Source of the DNA: Octopus vulgaris
Lineage: Eukaryota
Length of the DNA: 64,000 nt
NCBI GenBank assembly: GCA_951406725.2
Contig: OX597815.1
Span: 51,584,001-51,648,000 of the forward strand
Direction: 5' to 3'
Below, in pieces: positions 52,380-62,959 of the stretch. Each line of letters begins with the position of its first letter. Position 1 is the stretch's first letter. Under the pieces are notes generated by a model. The model had not been told where the DNA came from, did no database searches, and saw only the letters and a program-made list of their open reading frames with translations. Made by a program: the position numbers and the translations under genes.

Positions 52380-52812
52380 CAGGCATAGTTAAGGAATCCC
52401 CTTCACAAGCATGTGGTTTGGGGTTTAGTCACATTACATGATACCATGTAATGAACTCAAGCTGATCACTGCTTTATGAGTGAAATTTAGCAGATAGAAA
52501 CTGTGTGAAAGCCTGTCATGTGTGTGTGTGTGTGCACGCATGCACATGTGTGTGTGCATGCACACATGTGTGTATATGCTTGTCTTCTCGTGTTTTTGTA
52601 TTCACACTATTTGGGCAATAGTGACATCCATACATCAGTGGTTCAACTCACAAACACCAGACAAATAGCAAGTACCTTACTTGAAAACCAAGTAAGAGCT
52701 GATCGCAAGAATGGTATCCAGTTAGGGAATACTACCTCAATAAGTCTCATTCAATTCATGCCAGCATGAAAGAAGAAGATACAAAATCAATGACAATGAT
52801 GATGATGAAGAT
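52380..52812 (+). mobile_element. Old SINE (A-type head, RTE-like tail)
   Basis: Diverged head; tail cttacttgaaaacc..catgccagcatg..(GAT)n. Confidence 0.6.
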
Positions 52813-53036
52813 GAGTATAACACTAGCGATGATGAAGTTGGTATTGATAGCTGTGATACAGGTAGTCACATGTAGAATATCTTTGATCATAAGTCTGCTC
52901 AGTCAGAACTGATAGAAAGTAAATAACAAGTGAACACATTTAAGAGTATTCCCAAACCAAGAGAATTTCTGAAGGCTATGAGTGGCGCTTTACCTCTTTA
53001 GATTAATTCATAAAACACTGTTGAATAATTACTAAC

Positions 53037-53249
53037 ACCTGCAGATGTGGAACAGTTCCCCTCCACCACAACCACCACCAATTCACTTCCTCTTAATTCC
53101 GCATATTACTTTAAACCCAATAAATTTCCTCAAAATGTTTTCCTATCATATGATCCAGTAGCAGTCTGAAGAACAGCTCAGCCAGCTTAATTCTTTTCTA
53201 GCATTTGAAATTGTTCTTCTTGCTCTATAGTTATGGGCCTGTCCCTTTT
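53037..53249 (-). other. Candidate spliced exon (UTR/lncRNA or terminal coding exon)
   Basis: Strong minus-strand acceptor tttctatgctttttctacccAG at 53250-51 and GTTAGT/GTGTTA donors at ~53035-38. The sequence is unique and non-repeat. All three frames contain stops. Confidence 0.25.
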
Positions 53250-53609
53250 CTGGGTAGAAAAAGCATAGAAATAGATAAAACAAAGAAATACAAAATACAA
53301 AAGCTGAATATTAATTTACAAAACACTTTTTATTATGCAGTCAGCTGTTTCAGTTTAAAAGATATCAGTTGCTTTTGAGCCACACTGGACCAGACAATAA
53401 CAATAATAATAATAATGATAATGATGATGATGTTGCTAATAATAATAATAATAATGTAGTGGCAGCAGCAAACTGATAATTTTATGATGACAACAGCCTA
53501 TTGAAATGGTTCAATAGAATGGCAATAACCAATCAGAACATTTGATCTGACAACAGTAGATGCTGGAAATCTCTAATGGAACCATGAGCATTCAATAAAA
53601 CCGAAGCAG

Positions 53610-54160
53610 ACAATTGATGAGGCAGGATATCGCCAAAGTCAATTAAGGACATCAAATACGATGGCAAAAGCTAATTAACGATGTTAAATGTGATAACAAA
53701 AGCTAATTGGTGATACATGATAGCAACCATAAATTGGTGATATCAAATATGGAGTTAAAAGTCAAGACACCATGTTAAATATGGTAGCAACAGCCATTTT
53801 ATGATATTAAGTATGACAATCAATTATATTAAGCATGAGGTGTGTGTGGAGGAGGGAGGGAAGAAAGAAGGGTGAAGGTGGAAAGTGGGATGAGGTAGGG
53901 AGGGTGGACCAGCAGACAGACAGGCAGACAGACAAGCAGGCCAATTAATGATGTTGAAGATGATTTGAACAGCAAGTGAGTGATGATGTTAAATGCATTT
54001 TCCACTGAACCAGTTTAGTATATGCTAAATGTGATGGCAAAAGAGAAAGTGACATGACTAAAAATGGTAGAAAATAGTGATATCAAATGTTGATATTTAC
54101 CAGCTGTTTGTTAACAAGGAATATATTAATTAATGGCACCAAATACTACAGCAATTTCTG
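53610..54160. repeat. Degenerate ~31-32-bp minisatellite
   Basis: Recurring caatt(a/g)atgatgttaaatatgat(g/a)gcaaaag-like units, interrupted at 53840-53940. Confidence 0.55.
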
Positions 54161-54620
54161 ATGCTAATCATATGCTTAAGTTAAAAGAAACAATTCATTT
54201 TGTTTGTTTATTTGTTTTTAATTATTAAAATATGCACAAATAAAAATAAGAAATATACTAACACATAAAAAACATGTTACCAACATATTTTCTTTTGTAT
54301 TTTTTACTGATTACAACAATTAGGCTGCACCCATGTCGGGATGCTAGCTTCAAAGAATTTTAATGATCCTAATAAATTGTCTACTACATATTTTGTAATA
54401 ATTTATCAAATAGCTCAGTCTTATAAAGGGATGTAACTCAACAGACTAAACACCATTAGGTATTTGCTTTCCATGCACTAATTTATAGTCCTGCACCTCA
54501 CACAAACACACACAGACGCTGGCATGGCTGTGTGGTAAGAAGTTTGCTTCCCATCCACATAGCTCAGGTTCAGTCTAATACCATTTATGTAGCTTTATAG
54601 GACATATATACATATACATA

Positions 54621-54905
54621 TCATCATCGACGTTTAACATCCACTTTCCATGCTGGCATGGGTTGCATGGTTTGACTGAGGGCTGGCAAGCCAGAAGGCT
54701 GCACCAGGTTCCAATCTGATCTAGCAAAGTATCTATAGCTGGATGCCCTTCTTCAATCACACCCAGAGTGTAGTGGGTGCTTTTTACGTGCCAGCAGCAT
54801 GAGGGCCAGTCAGGCAGTACTGGCATCAACCACACTCGAATGGTGCTGTTTATGTGCCACCGGCGCAGGAGCCAGTCAGGCAGCACTGTCAACAATCACG
54901 CTCAG
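54621..54905 (-). mobile_element. RTE 3'-UTR fragment
   Basis: (CAT)n, ggatgccctt and gtgctttttacgtgcc units, matching 44611-44900. Confidence 0.85.
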
Positions 54906-54927
54906 CCAAGCATGGTGAATGTATGTG

Positions 54928-54979
<52 letters not shown>

Positions 54980-55155
54980 CAACCAAAATTGCGAGGATAA
55001 TCTGGTGCTTGGCTGAGGAAAGAAAACTTCGAATAACTCATCCTTGTTTTCTATCTGGATGTTTTGTTGTCCCTCTTTGTATCACCTAGCTGTCCAGATG
55101 TTTTGCGTTCTTGTCCCATTTTGTATTTTAATATATATATAGTAGTCAAGCATGG

Positions 55156-55195
<40 letters not shown>

Positions 55196-55344
55196 ACAGA
55201 CAAATATATATATTTATGTATGTAGTGTGTGTGTGTGTGTGTTTGTGCTTGTGTGTGAAAGCACATACAATATGTTCAATAAATACATATTACATCTCCC
55301 TATGAAAATACAGTCTATTGATTAATCACAAGTACTTTATCAGC

Positions 55345-55416
55345 TAGAAGGGAGGATCAATCCAATCGGTTTTGTTTCATTAAAGCTTCATCAGAGATTG
55401 TTCACATCCCCTTCTA
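55345..55416 (-). ncRNA. Degenerate type I hammerhead-like motif with extended stem I
   Basis: TAGAAGGGGAT..CAATCT-CTGATGA-agctttaat-GAAAC-aaaacc-GATTG..ATCCTCCCTTCTA. The cleavage triplet and stem II have decayed. Confidence 0.4.
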
Positions 55417-55658
55417 CCAATTCAAGTTTAAATAAATATTAGATCTTTATATAATAAAACATAAGCAAACTTCTACGAGAGGAAAAGTAATTTTGCTATT
55501 GGTACTTTCTATTATGTTGGAACTTTTTCTTCTAAAATCCCAACTGTCAATGTTCTAATGTCATGTACATTTGTTTTTACTTTAGTTATAGTTTGTCTAC
55601 ATTACCTATAAGAGGGTATATGGCAGACAGAAACTGAAAGAAGCCTATTGTGTGTATA

Positions 55659-55700
<42 letters not shown>

Positions 55701-55778
55701 GCAGAGAAGAAAGTAATATTTCAAAAGCAGTATAGCTGTGAAAACAGCAGAAAGATTGGGTATTTTACCTTTGTATAT

Positions 55779-56185
55779 GGCGCAGGAGTGGCTGTGTGGT
55801 AAGTAGCTTGCTAACCAACCACATGGTTCTGGGTTCAGTCCCACTGCGTGGCATCTTGGGCAAGTGTCTTCTGCTATAGCCCCGGGCCGACCAATGCCTT
55901 GTGAGTGGATTTGGTAGACAGAAACTGAAAGAAGCCTGTCGTATATATGTATATATATATGTATGTGAGTGTGTGTTTGTGTGTCTGTGTTTGTCCCCCT
56001 AGCATTGCTTGACAACCGATGCTGGTGTGTTTACGTCCCTGTCACTTAGCGGTTCGGCAAAAGAGACCGATAGAATGAGTACTGGGCTTACAAAGAAGAA
56101 GTCCCGGGGTCGATTTGCTCGACTAAAGGCGGTGCCCCAGCATGGCCACAGTCAAATGACTGAAACAAGTAAAAGAGTAAAAGAG
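55779..56185 (+). mobile_element. Full-length tRNA-derived SINE family A (reference copy)
   Basis: A box TGGCTGTGTGG, B box GGTTCAGTCCC, cttgggcaagtgtcttct core, internal (TA)/(TG) tract and aaaagagtaaaagag tail. Confidence 0.95.
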
Positions 56186-56187
56186 AT

Positions 56188-56756
56188 ATCATCATCATCA
56201 TCATCATTTAATGTCCATTTTCCTCACTGGCATGGGTTGGACGGTTTGACAGAAGCTGGCCAACTGAAGCGTTGCCCAAGCTCCATGTCTGCTTTGGCAT
56301 TATTTCTATGGCTGGATGCCAACCACTTTGCAGAGTGTACTGGGTGCTTTTACACAGCACTGGTTTGGGTGCTTTTTACGTGGCACCAGCATCCATGAGT
56401 CTACAAGTTTAGGATCCTCAGCTGAAGAGAGATGTAAGGGACATGCCTATATGCAAAGACAACCACGATTTTACTTAACTTGACATCCCTTCTCAAGCAC
56501 AGCAAACCACCAGAAGTCTCAGTTCCTTGTCATCCCCTCTGTGAAGCCCAAGAGAAAGGATCAATAATTGGTGTGGTGCAGTATTGGGCCACTGGCAGTG
56601 GATCGCCGCATGCCCACACATTAACACCCATCCACCTCAGGCAAGGTGAGGGTCTACGTACAATTGCGGGACCTCCAGCTTTCGTGGACAAACCACCCAT
56701 CCAGGGGGAATGCCATCGCGCTATTTCTGTATTGATCCTTTCTCACCACTTCGTCC
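56188..56756 (-). mobile_element. RTE 3' fragment, interrupted by a 193-bp TIR element
   Basis: (CAT)n tail and terminal motifs; caccacttcgtcc at 56744-56 matches the RTE ORF end (cf. 45251-63). Confidence 0.7.
56552..56744. mobile_element. Unclassified MITE-like element with 15-bp perfect TIRs
   Basis: GAGAAAGGATCAATA (56552-66) and TATTGATCCTTTCTC (56730-44). Confidence 0.7.
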
Positions 56757-58748
56757 AATGTGTGTGTGTGTATTTGTGCATGTCTCCTACAACTGCTTGA
56801 CTCTGTCACTTAACAGTTCCTGCCATTTAACAGTTCAGCAAAAGAGACCAATAGAATTAGTAGCAGGCTTTACAAAAAAATTATAAGCACTGGGGTCAAT
56901 AAGTTCAACTAATATTTTTTCAAGGCAGAGGAGGATATATTATTTATTGATTTTTACAGGTGCAGGCATGGCTGTATGGTTAAGAAGTTTTGCTTCCAAA
57001 TTCACAAGGTTTCAGGTTCAATCTTAGCATGAGGTACTTAGACTAAGTGTCATCTACTTTAGCTTTAGACTGACCTATGCTTTGTGAAAGAAATTTGGTA
57101 GCTGGAAACTGTACAGAAACCCCTTGTGCATAAACTCTGTGTGTGTGTGTTTGTGTGTGTGAGTATCAATCACTATCAGCCAAACTATCAGATGCTGTTA
57201 TACATCACTGTGCTTTCAATTTTTTTGTTATTCTTTTCCATCATGGTCCAAATCATTTAACTAACTCATCTTCCCATCATGCGTGGGGGGGGGGTCATGA
57301 GTGTATATGTGCATGCTTTCCTGCATGTTTTCTTGCTTATGTTCCCCCACAAATAAAACATCTCACTTGACAGTTTGACATACAATGTCCATTGGAATAA
57401 AGTACCCTACTTGAAAACAAGTAAAAGGTGGCATCGGGAAGGGCATCAGGTCATAGAATACTGCCTCAAGATGCTTGGTGCAACCTATGCCAGGATGGGA
57501 AAAGTAAACATACATAAAAATGCTGCTGCTGTGGTGGCAACGGCACAGGAGGAGGAGGAGGAGGAGACAGTGTTGGTGGTAATGATGATGATCATTATCA
57601 TATATACCTCTTCCAAACTTTAGTAGATAGGTTTCTTCGATGAAAGACAAAACCAGTTGAGATTGATCCCCACTTAAGGCTCTAGCAAGGCTGCTATGCA
57701 TTAATCATGAGTTCTATTTTCACAGCAATAATAAATATTAAAGACATTGTTGTATATGAGTTGTGTATTCATAATTACTGATAACCACAATGTACTGGTA
57801 CTTTTGTTATGAAATCCTGTTCATCAACTAGTATATGCCATTATAAGTGAAAGGAAGAACACATTCAATAATGAGGAATATTTATCCCTACTTGAACATG
57901 GATGTTCTGGTAGAACAAACTATACTGCAGTGGATACCAAAAGAGAAACTCTCATATTTGCTGCTTGTGCAAAATGCATTCTTGTTTACATTGCTAGCAA
58001 GGAGATAAATCCCTGCCATCTCCAGCACCAAGACCACGAGACCGTGTGATTTCTACCTTCTTTGGTTTTGTCAATGTTGGACACTCAATCACTAGATATA
58101 GCAACAACACATCTCCCTGCCAACAATATAGAAAATAACAGTGCCAGAACAGGTGCTGATGTCACAAATAGCCAGAAAGCTTGTTAAAAAAATATATATT
58201 AGTGACAGTGGTAGTATTAATACCTCTGTTGCTAATATATATTCATTAATGTATATTAATGCCTCTCAAAATTAATGCCTCTCAGGATTAATTCTGCCTC
58301 TCTCGCTAATATATACATTCAATAATGTAATCTGAAATTTACACAATGCTTGAACAAAAGACACGATAGTCATGGCTGGAATGTTTTGGTCATAGATTTG
58401 CTGGATGAAAGCAAACCTAAAGTTCTCTATCTGTAAATGTCAAAGAATTAAAAAGAAAAAAGAGACTGCATGCTTACATACAAATACATATTTTGAAAAA
58501 ATCATCAAAAAATTGCAAAGAACTGAAACACAGGATGTAATTTCAAACTCTGCTATTCCTATTATGTTGTACCGTTGGACAACTATATTCCTCTACATTA
58601 ACCTCAGTTTGCCTGAATCATGATAGACAATTATGGTTCATAATCGATAAATCCATGCAGGTTTCCAATTTTGAAAGTTACACCAACCTTCCCAAAAGAG
58701 GCAAATGGATGTAAAACAAAAAAAATTAGAGAAATAAGATTTACTAAC

Positions 58749-58791
58749 CTTGTTTCAATGGCTTCTGCTTGGTATCTATTGAGGGTTCAGT
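58749..58791 (-). other. Candidate 43-nt microexon
   Basis: ctcttctaattacAG|ACTGAACCC...AAACAAG|GTTAGT; one open frame, TEPSIDTKQKPLKQ. Confidence 0.35.
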
Positions 58792-59640
58792 CTGTAATTA
58801 GAAGAGTAATAATTTTTACATCGGATTTTTCTTTGTAATAACTGGCTTAAATTGTCAGAAATTGCAGTCAATCTATCTCAAATCACACCCTCTTTTAAAA
58901 AGAGATGATATACTGGATAATATGACCCTGAGTGAAAAGTATGCAGGGAAAAGAAGATGAAGATGAATCACCACTAGAATGCTTTTGATCATAGATCTGT
59001 TTAATCAAGGCTAACCTTGGGCTAAACAACATGTACAATAGACAAGTGTCTAGTGTGCCAGGAAATGCTATAGATGATTCTATTAACTCGGATGGGAAAA
59101 TTATTTCTAGGGAGATGAATAAAACTTGGACATATCATGATAACAAATTAGAAAAAGTCACTGAACTCCAAAAATTAAAATAAAACTTCCACTATAATGT
59201 TCTTTCTCAACCAACTTAAATAAATATGACTCAGTCTATAATTCTTATTACTTATAACCCTTACAGCCCTAAAACTTATTTCCCAACTTTAATTTTCCTG
59301 AATATCAACCAGATCAGAGCTTGCTCTTAGAGGACAATTAAATCAATCAAATGGCCAACTATTTTTTGTGCTAGAAAGATAACAGAGGTAATCACTTGAA
59401 GAAAATATGTAATTTCCTTCTGTATTGAGATTCAGATGCTTTTTGTTGAGGCAGATTTTCTACAGTTGGATGCCCTTCCTGTCACCAACCCTCACCTGTT
59501 TTCAACTAGGGGCATATTTCAAGACATTTTCACAGAAGACTGGAAATGAAAGATAACATTTGCACGATGGTAACTTTCATTTACAAATATTACACAATGT
59601 CAAGGTCCGGAGACAGTAACACACACATATACATACATAT

Positions 59641-61238
59641 AGCTGAATCACTACAAAGACTAGAGAGGAAACTTCAGGTATGAAAGCAAGGTCTAGAATC
59701 AAAGGGCCTTATAGTTAATTTAGCAAAAACCAAAGTCTTAGTAAATAGGAAAGTAGACAAATCACAATTCCCTTCAGGTAGATGGCCCTGCTTGATCTGT
59801 AGGAAAGGCATAGGTAGAAACTCCATAAAATGTCCCCAGTGCAAGCTATGGACATATAAGTAGTACAACAATATCAGAGGAAGATTACCTGGGAAAATAG
59901 TTTTTGTGTGCAGAAGGTACACAGGCACAATAAACACTGAAAATGTACAGAAAATAGAACACCATCAACTGCCAGCAGGGTAAGTTAGAGGTAGTTGACA
60001 ACTTTCAATATTTAGGTGACTAAGTAAATAGTAGAAGTTGATGCTCTGAGAGCATAGCTGCAAGAATAAGAATAGGTTGGGCAAAGTTCAGAGAGCTCCT
60101 ACCTCTGTTGGTAACAAAAGGCCTCTTCCTCAGACTGAAAGGCAGATTGTATGATGCCTGTGTACATACAGCTATGCTTTATGGCAGTGAAACATGGGCT
60201 GTGACTGCCAAGGGCATGTGCAAGCTTGAAAGAAATGAAGTTAGCATGCTTTGCTGGATATGCAATGTCAGTGTGCATATATGACAGAGTGTAAGCATCT
60301 TGAGAGAAAAGTCGGGCATGAGGCATCAGGTGTAGTGTGCAAGAGAGACAACTGCACTGGTATGGTCATGTGATGCATATGGACAAGGGCAGCTGTGTAA
60401 AGAAGTGCTGGTCTCTAACTGAGGAGGGAACTTGTGGTAGAGGTAGACCCAGGAAGACATGGGACGAGGTGGTGAAGCATGATCTTCAAACACTGGGCCT
60501 CATGGAGGCAATGACTAGTGACTGAGACCATTGGCAATATGCCGTGCTTGAGAAGACCTGTCAAGCCAAGTGAAATCATAGTTGGGACTGATTCTAGCAT
60601 CATGTAGCTGGTACCCATGCTAGTGGCATGTAAAAACACCATTCAAGCATTGGGCCTCATGGAGGCAATGTGGCTGATGTTGATGTCATGTAACTGGCAC
60701 CTATGCCAATGGCACATAAAAAGCACCATTTGAGTGCTGGGCCTCAGAGAGGCAATGTGGCCAATGCCTGTGTCGTGTAACTGGCACCTGTGTTGGTGTC
60801 ACGTAACTGGAACCCAGGCTGGTAGCACATAAAAAGCATCATTCAAGCATTAGGCCTCACAAAGGCAATGTAGCTGCTGTCAGTGTCACATAACTGGCAC
60901 CTGTGCTGGTGACATGTAAAATGCACCATTCAAGCATCGGGCCTCATGGAGGCAATGTGGCCAATGCCAGTCACACATAACAAGCACCATTCAAGTGTTG
61001 GGCCTCATGGAGGCAATGTGGCCAATGTCGATGTCATGTAACTCGCACCCATGCCAATGGCACGTAAAATCACTCATTACACTCTCAGAGTGGTTGGCAT
61101 TAGGAAGGGCATCTAGCTGTGGAAACCATGCCAAATCAGACTGGAGTCTGGTGCAGCACCTCAACTTACCAGCCCAGGTCAAACTATTCAACCCATGCTA
61201 GCATAGACAACAGATGTTAAATAATGATGATGATGATA
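59641..61238 (+). mobile_element. Older 5'-truncated RTE LINE copy (PHD-bearing family) with 3'-UTR tandem array
   Basis: Homologous to 47737-49320, with many stops and a (GAT)n tail. Confidence 0.92.
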
Positions 61239-61514
61239 TGTACATATATATATTTATGTGTGTATGTGTGTGTATGTGTGTGTGTGTACACACACCTTTG
61301 TATATGTACACATATATATAAACATAAACACACACATACACATTTATATACAGTTTTTTATTCTCTCTATTTATTTCCTCATGTTCCTTTCTGTTGAAGA
61401 TTGTAGGCTAGAAATGTAAAAGACTTTCTCACTTTCCCAAGCATTAAACTAATACACCTGTTTGTTGTTTTCGTCTTTTGTTTTTCTGTAAATTTCAACT
61501 ATATATACATATAT

Positions 61515-61670
61515 GAAGGCTTCTTTTCAGCTTCTATCAACCAAATCCACCAAGGTTTTGGTCACTCTGGGACTATAGTATAAGACTTTCCCAAGATGCC
61601 ACACAGTAAGATGGAATCCAGAAACATGTGTTTGGGAAGAAACATGCGCTTATCCCAGCCATACCTGCAC
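61515..61670 (-). mobile_element. SINE family A, 5' half, diverged
   Basis: ccaaatccac..aaggttttggtc..cccaagatgccac. Confidence 0.65.
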
Positions 61671-61799
61671 TCATATTTGTAAAAATAATTCTATGTTCTT
61701 GTGAAGAAGTACCAACAGCCTCTATCTAAAACATATTAATAGGTGGATGAGTTTATGGTAAGATATATTTTCAGAGAAAATATTGTTTCTTAAACAATT

Positions 61800-62003
61800 A
61801 TCATCATCATCATTTAGTGTCCATCTTCCATGCTGGCATGGGTTAGACAGTTTGACTGCAACTTGTAAACCAGAGAGCTGTACCAGGCTCCAGTCTGGTT
61901 TGGCTCAGTGTCTATGGCTGGATTCCCTTCCTAATACCAACCACTCCAACAGTGTCGTGGGTGCCTTTTACATGTCACCAGCACCAGTGCCTTTTACGTG
62001 TCA
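61800..62003 (-). mobile_element. Solo RTE 3' terminus
   Basis: (CAT)n, ccatgctggcatgggtt and cccttcctaataccaacc. Confidence 0.8.
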
Positions 62004-62460
62004 CAATACGGTAACAATAAATAACAATAAATTCCTAGACTGAATTTTAAATATGTTGTGTAAAATTCATATGATTGAAGGGTTAAAGATAATGGCTGCA
62101 GAATAAAACTGATATGACTAAAGTTTTGAAAAAAAAATCTGACGAGAATGAAAGGGAAAACTGATTTGGCTGAAGTGTAAGGCTAATGTGAATGAATGAT
62201 AAAATTATAATCAGTTAGAGTGATGGGTAAAACTGATATAATTAAAGTATAAAAATTGATATGGCCAAAGAGTAGAACTGATACTGCTGAAAGGTGGGAA
62301 TTTATAAAACTCAAATTATATAATCTGATATGATTGATCTTGTCTTTGCAGGTTTCTCTCTCTCTTGCACACCGTCAATCGTCAGTTTTTATCAGAAAAG
62401 GAATTACTGCCACCACTTTAGTTTTGCCTGCATGCATACACACATACATACATACACACA

Positions 62461-62605
62461 CATCATCATCATCACTATCATTTAACATCCATGTTCCATG
62501 CTGGCATGGGCTGGACAGATTGACAAGGTTCCAATGAATCAAGAACTGCATCAAACTCCAGTGTCTGCTTTGGCATGGTTTTTACAGTTGGTTGCCCTTC
62601 CTAAT
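62461..62605 (-). mobile_element. Solo RTE 3' terminus
   Basis: Same terminal motifs as 61800-62003. Confidence 0.7.
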
Positions 62606-62611
62606 ATGTGC

Positions 62612-62655
<44 letters not shown>

Positions 62656-62705
62656 GAAAAAAAGTCAATATAGAAAATGCTAAAATAATTTTATAAAAAA
62701 CATTT

Positions 62706-62741
62706 CAGTACCGGTTTCAGTCATTGAGACTTTTTCAACTG
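62706..62741 (-). ncRNA. Intact minimal type I hammerhead ribozyme (U3:A8 variant)
   Basis: CAG-UUGAAAA-[AGUC ucaau GACU]-GAAAC-CG-GUA/CUG with palindromic stem III ACCGGU; predicted cleavage between 62709 and 62708. Confidence 0.8.
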
Positions 62742-62897
62742 TAAGTAAACAATTAAATTTAGAAAAATTAAAAGAAAAGTTTTCTTAAAAGAATATTTGT
62801 ATAGTGTTCAAATACAAGTGGCATTTTTCTTGTTTCTGCCTGTCTCTGTCTATCTTGTTTACTCTTGCGGGTTCCAGGTCCTTGTGAATTCTTGGGG

Positions 62898-62959
62898 TGA
62901 AGAAGAAGAAGAAGAAGAAGAAGAAGAAGAAGAAGAAGAAGAAGAAGAAGAAGAAGAAG
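62898..62959. repeat. (GAA)n microsatellite
   Basis: Directly visible; it explains the poly-Glu ORF. Confidence 0.95.

Noticed and set aside
57860-58075. Possible Tc1/mariner remnant (EEYLSLLE..RPCDFYLLW)
   Set aside because: The similarity is too weak to call without an HMM search.
62139-62158. CTGACGA..GAAAG
   Set aside because: No stem II or stem I.
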